Part shown: positions 16,658-25,423 of the stretch, piece after piece
How the letters are laid out: every line of letters starts with the position of its first letter
Numbering within the stretch: position 1 is the stretch's first letter
Source of the DNA: Vibrio cholerae ATCC 14035
Lineage (GTDB): Bacteria; Pseudomonadota; Gammaproteobacteria; Enterobacterales; Vibrionaceae
Length of the DNA stretch: 32,000 nt
Assembly: GCF_000621645.1 (NCBI RefSeq)
Contig: NZ_JHXR01000003.1
Location: forward strand, 311,670-343,669
Direction: 5' to 3'
Program-made: the position numbers and the translations under genes
The notes under the pieces: generated by a model
Database searches by the model: none
What the model saw: only the letters and a program-made list of their open reading frames with translations
Told to the model about the DNA's origin: nothing

Positions 16658-17485
16658 ATGACTGCTATAACGATTAGCGACCAAGAGTATCGCGACTTTT
16701 GCCGATTTCTGGAATCTCAGTGCGGAATTGTACTGGGTGACAGCAAGCAGTATTTGGTGCGAAGTCGTCTAAGTCCACTCGTCACCAAATTCAAGTTAAG
16801 TTCGTTGTCTGACTTGTTGCGGGATGTCGTGACAGGACGAAATCGCGATCTGCGCGTAGCAGCGGTTGACGCCATGACAACCAACGAAACCTTATGGTTT
16901 CGAGATTCCTACCCATTTACGGTTTTAGCTGACAAATTATTGCCAGAAATGGCGGCACATAAACGGCCGATAAAAATCTGGTCGGCGGCCAGTTCATCAG
17001 GCCAAGAGCCGTACTCCATGGCGATGACGATTTTAGAAGTGCAGCAAAAACGTCCGGGATTGTTGCCAAGCGTGTCAATTACTGCCACGGATATTTCAGC
17101 CAGTATGTTAGATATGTGCCGAGCCGGGATTTATGACAACTTAGCTTTAGGACGTGGTTTATCTCCTGAGCGTCGTCGAGTGTTTTTCGAAGATGCTGGG
17201 GATGGCCGGATGAAGGTGAAGGATAACGTAAAACGTTTAGTGAACTTCCGCCCGCAAAACTTAATGGAAAGTTACTCCTTGCTGGGTAAGTTTGACATCA
17301 TTTTTTGCCGTAACGTGCTGATCTATTTCTCGCCAGATATGAAATCTAAAGTGCTTAATCAGATGGCGGCAAGTTTGAACCCCGGCGGCTATTTACTGTT
17401 AGGGGCATCCGAATCCCTGACTGGGCTGACGGATAAGTTTGAAATGGTGCGTTGTAACCCTGGTATCATCTATAAACTCAAATAA
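16658..17485 (+). CDS. cheR: Chemotaxis MCP methyltransferase CheR
   Basis: 275-aa ORF with the SAM-binding signature KIWSAASSSGQEPYS and FDIIFCRNVLIYF. It starts 10 nt after the cheV stop. Confidence 0.93.
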   Translation: MTAITISDQEYRDFCRFLESQCGIVLGDSKQYLVRSRLSPLVTKFKLSSLSDLLRDVVTGRNRDLRVAAVDAMTTNETLWFRDSYPFTVLADKLLPEMAAHKRPIKIWSAASSSGQEPYSMAMTILEVQQKRPGLLPSVSITATDISASMLDMCRAGIYDNLALGRGLSPERRRVFFEDAGDGRMKVKDNVKRLVNFRPQNLMESYSLLGKFDIIFCRNVLIYFSPDMKSKVLNQMAASLNPGGYLLLGASESLTGLTDKFEMVRCNPGIIYKLK

Positions 17486-17507
17486 AGAAATTAATCCATC
17501 TCATTTT

Positions 17508-17535
17508 GCCCGGTTTCTACCGGGCTTTTTCTTTT
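17508..17535 (+). terminator. Rho-independent terminator of cheV-cheR
   Basis: GCCCGG-tttcta-CCGGGC followed by tttttctttt. Confidence 0.75.
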
Positions 17536-17585
17536 CTTTCAGACTCTAATGAACAGGAACGCCTTTTTCTTGCAAGGAGTCGGTT

Positions 17586-17601
17586 TGGCGTGGAGTTTGC
17601 T
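17586..17601 (+). promoter_or_regulatory. sigma54 -24/-12 element, distal, upstream of flgB
   Basis: TGGCGT-ggagt-TTGCT. Confidence 0.5.
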
Positions 17602-17644
17602 AAATATTATCCATCTTGCTGCTAATCGTTCCAGTTTTGAAAGT

Positions 17645-17660
17645 TGGTACGCTAATTGCA
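17645..17660 (+). promoter_or_regulatory. sigma54 -24/-12 element, proximal, upstream of flgB
   Basis: TGGTAC-gctaa-TTGCA, ~45 nt upstream of the flgB ATG. Confidence 0.55.
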
Positions 17661-17704
17661 AATAATTTCAGCAGTAACGGTCAGTTCTTATCGAAGAGGT
17701 AAAC

Positions 17705-18100
17705 ATGGCTATTTCTTTTGACAGAGCCCTAGGTATTCACCAACACACGGTGGGCGTACGTGAGCGCAACTCTGAGGTGATTGCCACCAATATTGCGCAG
17801 GCCAATACGCCGGGATTTAAGGCAAAAGGAATGGACTTCCAGAAGGCATTGCAAGCGGCAAGTTCGGGGGCAAGCATTAGTCTTAGCCGTACCGATAGTC
17901 GGCATATTCCTGCCTCTTCAACGATGAGTGGGGAAATTCTTTACCGCGTACCGACACAGCCGGATACCGGTGATGGCAATACGGTGGATGTAGACTTGGA
18001 GCGTAACTTGTTTATGCAAAACCAAATCCGTCACCAAGCGTCACTGGATTTTCTAGGCAGTAAATTTAAGAACTTAACCAAGTCGCTTAAAGGGGAGTAG
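17705..18100 (+). CDS. flgB: Flagellar proximal rod protein FlgB
   Basis: 131-aa ORF with the rod-family N-terminal motif NIAQANTPGFKA. It is first in the conserved flgBCDE order. Confidence 0.93.
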   Translation: MAISFDRALGIHQHTVGVRERNSEVIATNIAQANTPGFKAKGMDFQKALQAASSGASISLSRTDSRHIPASSTMSGEILYRVPTQPDTGDGNTVDVDLERNLFMQNQIRHQASLDFLGSKFKNLTKSLKGE

Positions 18101-18104
18101 ATCG

Positions 18105-18521
18105 ATGAGCTTATTCAGCGTATTTAATGTCACAGGTTCTGCGATGAGCGCCGAGTCGGTTCGTCTCAATACGACCTCAAGTAATCTGGCCAATGCTGAT
18201 AGTATTAGTAGTTCAGCGAAAGATACTTACAAAGCTCGTCATGCAGTATTTGGCGCAGAGTTGAGTAAAGCGCGTTTCAACCGCGATCCCAATGTGCCGG
18301 TGAAGGTTTTGGGGATTGTGGAAAGTGATAAACCGCTGGTCGCTGAATTTAATCCAGAACATCCACTTGCCAATGATGAAGGCTATATCTACAAGTCCAA
18401 CGTCAATGTGATGGAAGAGATGGCCAATATGATTTCTGCCTCTCGTTCTTATCAAACCAACGTGCAGGTGGCGGATGCCAGTAAACAGATGCTGCTGCGT
18501 ACGCTGCAGATGGGTCAATAA
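18105..18521 (+). CDS. flgC: Flagellar proximal rod protein FlgC
   Basis: 138-aa ORF with SNLANADS at the N-terminus and the C-terminal SASRSYQTNVQV motif. Confidence 0.93.
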   Translation: MSLFSVFNVTGSAMSAESVRLNTTSSNLANADSISSSAKDTYKARHAVFGAELSKARFNRDPNVPVKVLGIVESDKPLVAEFNPEHPLANDEGYIYKSNVNVMEEMANMISASRSYQTNVQVADASKQMLLRTLQMGQ

Positions 18522-18538
18522 GGATAAGGAGTTAACGT

Positions 18539-19246
18539 ATGGCCGGAGTCAATAATGTTGGTCAAAGCGGCTTGTCCTATATTGATCAGCTTAAAGCTCT
18601 TCAAGAGCAGAAAAAGCCGGATGAAACCACAGGGCAGAAATCCCTGAAACAAGAAGACTTTCTTTCTTTGCTGACCAAGCAGTTAGCACAGCAAGATCCG
18701 TTCAAACCCGTGAGTAACGATCAGATGATTGCGCAGATGGCTTCATTTGCGACCGTTGATGGCATTGGCAAGATGAACACTCAGTTTGAGAGTCTCAACT
18801 CATCAATGACCTCTAACCAAGCGCTGCAAGCGTCATCACTGGTAGGGCGTGACGTGCTAGTGCCGGGGGCGGCAGGAATGAAAAAGCCTGATGGCGGTAT
18901 GGCGGCAATGGTGAAACTGCCGCAGTCGATCGATAACTTGTTCATCCGTATTGAGAATGAAGCTGGTCAATTGGTACGAACCTTTGACGTCGGTGCCAAA
19001 TCTTCTGGTGATAACCGCGTTGAATGGGATGGAAAAGATCAGAACGGTAATCCGTTGCCGGGTGGCAAATACAAAGTGAAAGCGTCTGGCTTGCTGGATG
19101 GAGAGAGTAAAGAGTTTGAAGTCTCCACGTATGCGAACGTCAACAGCGTTTTGTTAGGCAAAGGCGATGGTAACGTACTACTCAATCTGGCTGGTTTTGA
19201 TGCACCAGTTCGACTTGCTGAAGTACTTGAAGTAGGCAAAGCGTGA
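18539..19246 (+). CDS. flgD: Flagellar hook-capping/assembly protein FlgD
   Basis: 235-aa ORF with the FlgD N-terminal signature FLSLLTKQLAQQDPFKP and a FLgD Ig/tudor-like C-terminus. Confidence 0.92.
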   Translation: MAGVNNVGQSGLSYIDQLKALQEQKKPDETTGQKSLKQEDFLSLLTKQLAQQDPFKPVSNDQMIAQMASFATVDGIGKMNTQFESLNSSMTSNQALQASSLVGRDVLVPGAAGMKKPDGGMAAMVKLPQSIDNLFIRIENEAGQLVRTFDVGAKSSGDNRVEWDGKDQNGNPLPGGKYKVKASGLLDGESKEFEVSTYANVNSVLLGKGDGNVLLNLAGFDAPVRLAEVLEVGKA

Positions 19247-19274
19247 TAGCGCTAGCTAGATAGGAGAATTACTC

Positions 19275-20579
19275 ATGTCATATGTCTCTCTTAGTGGTTT
19301 ATCCGCCGCGCAGATGGATTTAAATACCACCAGTAACAACATTGCGAACGCCAATACGTTTGGTTTTAAAGAGTCGCGTGCCGAATTTGGTGATGTGTAT
19401 TCCACCTCACTCTTTACTAACGCGAAGACGACACCAGGGCAAGGTGTGCAAGCGGCCAAAGTGGCACAGCAGTTCCACGAAGGTTCTAGCATCTATACCA
19501 ATAACCCACTGGATTTGCGTATCGCGGGTACGGGCTTCTTCGCTGTCGCGAAAGATCGCTTAGTTCCACAGCAAAATGAGCTGACTCGTAACGGCGCATT
19601 CCACTTGGATAAAAATAGCTTCATGGTCACAGCGAATGATGAGTTCCTGCTGGGTTATGAAGTAAACCCTGATACGGGTGATGTCTTATCTTATGAGCCT
19701 AAGCCAATTAATATTCCGCCGCAGTTCGGTAAACCGAAACAGACCGCGAATATTGACTTAGGAGCAAACTTGCCTGCTAACGGTGATCTCAAAGACCCTG
19801 CGCTGTTTGATATTACCGATCCTGAGACTTATAACCGTACGACCTCATCGACCATTTACGATTCTATGGGGCAACCTTATAAGTTAACGACGTATTACTT
19901 GAAAGATATGAATCAAGCTAATACATGGCAGACCTACTACACCGTCACTGACAAAACCGGTGAAAAGCCGATTAACGTTGTCGGTGGTGATGCGGCAAGC
20001 CCAACAGGCCACGTGGGACATACCATGCGTTTTAACAACGATGGTACCTTGTCAAGCTTAAACAACGGTCAACCAATTGTGACTGAGCCACTGGGTGGCG
20101 GTGCCAATCCAGTCGATCTGAACGGTGCGGATGTTAACCAAACCTTGTCGTTTAGCTTGGATTCTGCCACGCAGTTTGCCGCACCTTTTGAGTTGACCAA
20201 GTTTGATCAAGATGGTGCGACGACAGGCTTCCTGACGAAGATCGACTTTGATGAAAATGGTAGCGTACTGGCTACTTACTCAAACGGCATTAACACCACT
20301 CTAGGCCGTGTTGCGCTGGTGCGTGTTGCGAACGAGCAAGGACTGGACAAAAAAGGTGGTACTCAGTGGGATGCTACTCAGTTCTCGGGCGCGAAAATCT
20401 GGGGTGAATCGAATAAAGGTTCGTTTGGGTCGATCAGTAATGGTTCATTAGAGCAGTCGAACATCGATATGACGCAAGAGCTGGTGGATTTGATTTCCGC
20501 TCAGCGTAACTTCCAAGCCAACTCACGTGCTTTAGAAGTACACAACGGTCTGCAACAAAATATCCTGCAGATTCGTTAA
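19275..20579 (+). CDS. flgE: Flagellar hook protein FlgE
   Basis: 434-aa ORF with N-terminus SGLSAAQMDLNTTSNNIANANTFGFK and C-terminus LEQSNIDMTQELVDLISAQRNFQANSR. Confidence 0.94.
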   Translation: MSYVSLSGLSAAQMDLNTTSNNIANANTFGFKESRAEFGDVYSTSLFTNAKTTPGQGVQAAKVAQQFHEGSSIYTNNPLDLRIAGTGFFAVAKDRLVPQQNELTRNGAFHLDKNSFMVTANDEFLLGYEVNPDTGDVLSYEPKPINIPPQFGKPKQTANIDLGANLPANGDLKDPALFDITDPETYNRTTSSTIYDSMGQPYKLTTYYLKDMNQANTWQTYYTVTDKTGEKPINVVGGDAASPTGHVGHTMRFNNDGTLSSLNNGQPIVTEPLGGGANPVDLNGADVNQTLSFSLDSATQFAAPFELTKFDQDGATTGFLTKIDFDENGSVLATYSNGINTTLGRVALVRVANEQGLDKKGGTQWDATQFSGAKIWGESNKGSFGSISNGSLEQSNIDMTQELVDLISAQRNFQANSRALEVHNGLQQNILQIR

Positions 20580-20589
20580 TCCTCTTCAA

Positions 20590-20623
20590 CCCCATTAAGC
20601 GGCGGCAATGCGGCTTAATGGGG
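20590..20623 (+). terminator. 11-bp-stem hairpin after flgE (attenuator / mRNA-end stabiliser candidate)
   Basis: CCCCATTAAGC-12 nt-GCTTAATGGGG. No T-run follows. Confidence 0.4.
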
Positions 20624-20711
20624 TTGCCTCTTTGCCCCCTTGCCGCGGCAAATACGCTTATCTCCTTCAGATTTCTCATCTATCAGTTTGTTCCATAAGG
20701 AATAATTAAGT

Positions 20712-20727
20712 TGGCATGCTGCTTGCT
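20712..20727 (+). promoter_or_regulatory. sigma54 -24/-12 promoter of flgFGHIJ
   Basis: TGGCAT-gctgc-TTGCT, 35 nt upstream of the flgF ATG. Confidence 0.7.
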
Positions 20728-20761
20728 TTAACTGCTCTAACTAACGATTTGGGAGCAGATT

Positions 20762-21511
20762 ATGGACCGCGCATTGTTTCTTGCCATGAGTGGCGCAAAA
20801 CAAAACATGCAAGCGATGCAGTTACGGGCAAACAACTTAGCTAACGTCAGCACGACGGGATTTCGTGCCGATTTAGCGCAAGCTCGTTCTATGCAGGCTT
20901 ACGGTGAAGGGCTCCCAAGTCGCGTCTTCAGTATGACTGAGCGTCCGGGGCATAACTTTGCCCAAGGCAGTGTGATCACGACAGGCCGCGATCTCGATAT
21001 CACGATTCAAGGTGATGGCTGGATTTCTGTGCTGGATAAAACTGGCAAAGAGGGACTGACTCGTAACGGCAACTTACGAATCGATGAAACGGGACTGCTG
21101 CTTAACGGCAATGGGCATCCGGTTTTAGGCGAAACAGGGGCTCCGATTACCTTGCCTGTGCCGCTAAACAAAGTCGAAATCGGCGGTGATGGTACCATCT
21201 CTGTTCGTCCGCAGGGTGCCCCGGCTGATGCGATGGAAGTGGTGGATCGAATCAAGCTGGTTCGCCTCAATGACCAGTCACTGTTTAAAGACGTGAATGG
21301 TTTATTTCGCGCTACCGATCCCAACACTCAGTTTGAGGCCGACGCCAGCGTAAAAATTCTCACGGGTGCCCTTGAAGGGAGCAATGTGAATGCGATAGGT
21401 GAAATGACCAGCCTTATCGACTTGCAACGTCAGTTCGAAATGCAAGTCAAGATGATGAGCACAGCGGAAGAGATGGACAAAGCTTCCGATTCACTGCTTC
21501 GCAGTAGCTAA
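20762..21511 (+). CDS. flgF: Flagellar proximal rod protein FlgF
   Basis: 249-aa ORF with N-terminus NNLANVSTTGFRA and C-terminus LEGSNVNAIGEMTSLIDLQRQFE. Confidence 0.93.
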   Translation: MDRALFLAMSGAKQNMQAMQLRANNLANVSTTGFRADLAQARSMQAYGEGLPSRVFSMTERPGHNFAQGSVITTGRDLDITIQGDGWISVLDKTGKEGLTRNGNLRIDETGLLLNGNGHPVLGETGAPITLPVPLNKVEIGGDGTISVRPQGAPADAMEVVDRIKLVRLNDQSLFKDVNGLFRATDPNTQFEADASVKILTGALEGSNVNAIGEMTSLIDLQRQFEMQVKMMSTAEEMDKASDSLLRSS

Positions 21512-21530
21512 TTTAAGGTAGGAGTTAGGT

Positions 21531-22319
21531 ATGCAACCAGCACTATGGGTCAGTAAGACCGGCTTAGATGCCCAACAAACCAACATTGCAACGATTTCCA
21601 ACAACCTTGCCAACGCCTCAACCATTGGCTTTAAAAAAGGGCGGGCGGTGTTTGAAGATCTGTTTTACCAAAACATTAACCAGCCGGGAGCACAATCCTC
21701 GCAAAACACTCGTTTGCCGAGTGGTTTGATGTTAGGCGCGGGCTCTAAGGTCGTGGCAACCCAAAAGGTACACACGAACGGTAACGTACAAACGACCTCC
21801 AACAGTTTGGACATGATGATTGAAGGCGACGGTTTTTTCCAAATTCTGATGCCAGATGGCAACATTGCCTATAGCCGAAATGGTCAGTTCACCTTGGATG
21901 ATGAAGGCGCGATTGTGACCTCTGGTGCGGGCTACCGTTTACAACCTGAAATCATCATTCCCGAAGACGCTATTTCCATCACGATTGGTAATGATGGTGA
22001 AGTGTCGGTTCGTGTCCGTGGTCAGCAGGATAACCAAGTACTGGGGCAGATCACTACGGTTGATTTCATTAACCCCGGCGGTTTAGAGCCGGTTGGACAA
22101 AACCTTTACCTACCAACCGGAGCCAGTGGTGAGCCACAAGAAGGGGTTCCGGGCTTGGATGGTTTGGGGGATATTCGCCAATCTATGCTCGAAACCTCGA
22201 ACGTGAATGTGACGGAAGAGTTGGTCAACATGATTGAAGCGCAGCGTGTGTACGAGATGAACTCTAAAGTTATCTCCGCCGTCGATAAGATGATGAGCTT
22301 CGTTAACCAACAACTGTAA
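21531..22319 (+). CDS. flgG: Flagellar distal rod protein FlgG
   Basis: 262-aa ORF with NNLANASTIGFKK and LETSNVNVTEELVNMIEAQRVYEMNSK. Confidence 0.95.
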   Translation: MQPALWVSKTGLDAQQTNIATISNNLANASTIGFKKGRAVFEDLFYQNINQPGAQSSQNTRLPSGLMLGAGSKVVATQKVHTNGNVQTTSNSLDMMIEGDGFFQILMPDGNIAYSRNGQFTLDDEGAIVTSGAGYRLQPEIIIPEDAISITIGNDGEVSVRVRGQQDNQVLGQITTVDFINPGGLEPVGQNLYLPTGASGEPQEGVPGLDGLGDIRQSMLETSNVNVTEELVNMIEAQRVYEMNSKVISAVDKMMSFVNQQL

Positions 22320-22333
22320 TTGCTAACTAAGAG

Positions 22334-23119
22334 ATGGCCGCGATGAAACGTCTACTTGCTTCTAGCTTATTGATTCTGCTCTCAGGTTGTAGCTTGATGC
22401 AGCCACCGATTGAATCTGCTGAAACCATTCAAGGTACCACGACGGTGGATGCGGTTGAGGGGGACAAATCTGAGAGTAACTCGGGTTTGACCGATGCGCT
22501 GCGCAATCGTACCGACCCCGTTGCGGGCGATCCCGCATGGGCACCTATTCATCCGAAAGGTAAGCCTGAGCATTACGCGGCGGAAACGGGCTCGCTGTTT
22601 AATTTGGCGAGCAGCAGTAGCATGTATGACGATTCTAAACCGCGTGGTGTGGGTGACATCATTACCGTGACTCTCAATGAAAGCACCAAAGCAGCCAAAA
22701 GTGCGGATGCGGATCTGAACAAGAAAAATGATGCTTCGATGGATCCGCTGGCGGTCGGCGGCAAAGATTTGACCATCGGGGATTACAATTTCTCTTACGC
22801 ACTGAAAAACGACAATAAGTTTTCAGGGAGCGCGGCGGCTAACCAAAGTAACAGCATGTCAGGCTCGATTACGGTAGAAGTGATTGAAGTGTTAGCGAAC
22901 GGTAACTTAGTGATCCGCGGTGAAAAATGGCTCACTCTGAACACGGGTGATGAGTACATTCGTCTCAGTGGCACCATCCGTCCGGATGATATCGACTTCG
23001 ACAATACGATTGCTTCTAACCGTATTTCCAATGCGCGAATTCAATATTCTGGCACTGGAACCAACCAAGATATGCAAGAACCCGGATTCTTGGCACGATT
23101 TTTTAATGTCTCTTTATAA
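22334..23119 (+). CDS. flgH: Flagellar L-ring lipoprotein FlgH
   Basis: 261-aa ORF with lipobox LLSGC (start possibly the Met at 22343) and the conserved [12 protein letters not shown] and [20 protein letters not shown] segments. Confidence 0.94.
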
Positions 23120-23160
23120 GTCGAGCCGCTGGGCTAGTTTATTGACAGCATAGTGAACGG

Positions 23161-23188
23161 TGAGGCCCTTTGGCCTCATTGTTGTTTT
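23161..23188 (+). other. Intra-operon hairpin between flgH and flgI
   Basis: TGAGGCC-cttt-GGCCTCA followed by ttgttgtttt. Confidence 0.4.
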
Positions 23189-23209
23189 AGAGAGTAAGGT
23201 ACATCCGCC

Positions 23210-24295
23210 ATGAGAAAATTCACGATTTTATTGATGTTGCTGCTGGCTTCCAGTGCGCAAGCTGCACGGATCAAAGATGTTGCGCAGGTTGCGGGCGTTC
23301 GTAACAACCAATTGGTCGGATACGGCTTGGTCACTGGTTTGCCGGGGACTGGCGAGTCGACACCTTTTACTGATCAAAGCTTTAACGCCATGCTGCAAAG
23401 TTTCGGCATTCAATTGCCTCCCGGCACCAAGCCAAAAACCAAAAACGTTGCCGCCGTGATCGTCACTGCCGATCTGCCCGCGTTTTCTAAGCAAGGTCAA
23501 ACCATCGATATCACTGTCTCTTCAATTGGATCGGCAAAAAGTTTGCGTGGCGGTACCTTGATGCAAACTTTCCTGAAAGGTTTGGATGGGCAAGTTTACG
23601 CGGTGGCACAAGGTAACTTAGTGGTGAGTGGTTTTAGTGCAACCGGTGCGGATGGTTCAAAAATTGTTGGTAACAACCCGACTGTGGGCATGATTTCCAG
23701 TGGCGCGATTGTTGAGCGTGAAGTGCCTAACCCATTTGGCCGTGGTGATTACATTACGTTTAACCTGTTTGAATCTGATTTCACGACAGCACAGCGTTTA
23801 GCCGATGCAGTGAACCAGTTCTTGGGCCCCCAAATGGCTTCGGCGGTGGATGCGGCCTCAATCAAGGTACGTGCTCCGCGCGATCTCAGCCAGCGTGTTG
23901 CCTTCCTCTCTGCAATTGAGAACCTTGAATTCAATCCTGCAGACAGTGCGGCGAAAATTATCGTTAACTCACGTACGGGCACCATAGTGGTTGGGCAGAA
24001 TGTACGCCTCAAACCAGCCGCGGTCACTCACGGTGGGATGACGGTAGCGATCAAAGAAAACTTAAACGTCAGCCAGCCTAATGCACTGGGTGGCGGTCAG
24101 ACGGTGGTCGTGCCAAACACAGAAATAGAAGTCACTGAAAAACAGGGCAAAATGTTTAAGTTAGAGCCGGGGGTCACTTTAGATGATCTGGTGCGTGCGG
24201 TTAACGAAGTGGGTGCTGCCCCTTCCGATTTAATGGCGATTTTGCAAGCGCTGAAACAAGCGGGCGCGATTGAAGGCCAACTGATCATTATTTAA
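23210..24295 (+). CDS. flgI: Flagellar P-ring protein FlgI
   Basis: 361-aa ORF with signal peptide [19 protein letters not shown], then [25 protein letters not shown], and the C-terminus [18 protein letters not shown]. Confidence 0.95.
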
Positions 24296-24305
24296 GGAGC
24301 CAGCC

Positions 24306-25244
24306 ATGATTAATAATTCCAATGACATTGGCTTTATCCAAGATATCGCCGGACTCGACAAGTTACGCCAAAAGGCGGTGAATGGTGATGAAAATGCCGG
24401 ACAGTCTGCGCTAACCGCAGCGGCTCGTCAGTTTGAATCGATCTTCACTTCCATGATGCTCAAATCCATGCGTGATGCGAATAGTGACTTTAAATCCGAT
24501 CTGATGAGTAGCCAGAATGAAGATCTTTATCGCCAGATGCTGGATGAACAGATGGCGAGTGAGTTCAGTTCATCTGGTTCGCTTGGCTTGGCCGATATGA
24601 TCGTTGCCCAGCTTTCGACCGGACAAACGGCGAGCGAGCAAAAAGGGGAGGATGGCTTCCAAGAAGCCATGCGCCGTGTGGAACATGCACGTAAAACGGC
24701 CAGTGAACGCAGCAATGAAGACTTGGTGGCGGCGGTGTATCCGCTGCGTAAAACACAAGCGGTTCAATCGACGCAGTTTGATTCTCGCCATTCGTTTGTT
24801 ACTAAGCTCAAACCTTATGCGGATAAAGCGGCACGCATGCTCGGGGTCGATTCTTCCTTGTTGATTGCTCAAGCGGCACTGGAAACAGGCTGGGGGCAAA
24901 AAATGGTCAAAAATGCCCGTGGCAACAGCAATAACCTCTTTAACATCAAAGCCGATCGCAGCTGGCAGGGGGATAAAGTCGCAACCCAAACCTTGGAATA
25001 TCACAACAATGTTCCAGTGGTGGAGAAAGCGGCATTTCGCTCTTATGCGAGCTTTGATGAAAGCTTTAACGACTATGTTCGCTTCTTGGAAAACAATCCA
25101 CGTTATACCAATGCGTTGGATCATGGCGGAAACAGTGAACGCTTTATCCACGGTATCCACCGTGCTGGATATGCGACCGACCCGCAATACGCCGACAAGG
25201 TGCTGCGTGTAAAAGCGCAAATCGATCAAATGAATCTGTTATAA
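24306..25244 (+). CDS. flgJ: Flagellar rod-assembly protein / peptidoglycan hydrolase FlgJ
   Basis: 312-aa ORF with an N-terminal rod-binding domain (QFESIFTSMMLKSMR) and a C-terminal glucosaminidase domain (LLIAQAALETGWG...NLFNIK...YATDPQYADK). Confidence 0.93.
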   Translation: MINNSNDIGFIQDIAGLDKLRQKAVNGDENAGQSALTAAARQFESIFTSMMLKSMRDANSDFKSDLMSSQNEDLYRQMLDEQMASEFSSSGSLGLADMIVAQLSTGQTASEQKGEDGFQEAMRRVEHARKTASERSNEDLVAAVYPLRKTQAVQSTQFDSRHSFVTKLKPYADKAARMLGVDSSLLIAQAALETGWGQKMVKNARGNSNNLFNIKADRSWQGDKVATQTLEYHNNVPVVEKAAFRSYASFDESFNDYVRFLENNPRYTNALDHGGNSERFIHGIHRAGYATDPQYADKVLRVKAQIDQMNLL

Positions 25245-25250
25245 ATCGCC

Positions 25251-25275
25251 CGCCGGAATATTTCCGGCGGCACTC
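25251..25275 (+). terminator. Candidate terminator after flgJ
   Basis: CGCCGGAA-tat-TTCCGGCG forms an 8-bp stem. The 3' flank ctctttct is only a weak T-run. Confidence 0.45.
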
Positions 25276-25351
25276 TTTCTCGTCCTCAATCTTTTCAGCT
25301 TACCAATCCTAACTTGCTATTTTTATTAGAGTAAATCGAATACATCCAATC

Positions 25352-25367
25352 TGGCATACATATTGCT
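25352..25367 (+). promoter_or_regulatory. sigma54 -24/-12 promoter of flgKL
   Basis: TGGCAT-acata-TTGCT, ~57 nt upstream of the flgK ATG. Confidence 0.7.
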
Positions 25368-25423
25368 ATCTACTGTTTAGATTCAGTGAATTTTACTGAT
25401 TAATATCGGTTTTCGGGGGCAGT

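Noticed and set aside
16966-16973. Exact GCCGATAA octamer inside cheR
   Set aside because: No TAAAG-type -35 lies at the required distance (the sequence there is aaatggcg), and the octamer is intragenic with no downstream unit. A second reverse-strand GCCGATAA inside flgM (14480-14487) fails in the same way.
24570-25229. 219-aa antisense ORF inside flgJ (the longest shadow ORF in the window)
   Set aside because: The + strand frame has unmistakable FlgJ motifs (rod-binding domain and muramidase domain). The antisense product is Arg/His/Phe-rich with no recognisable fold. This is a classic shadow ORF.
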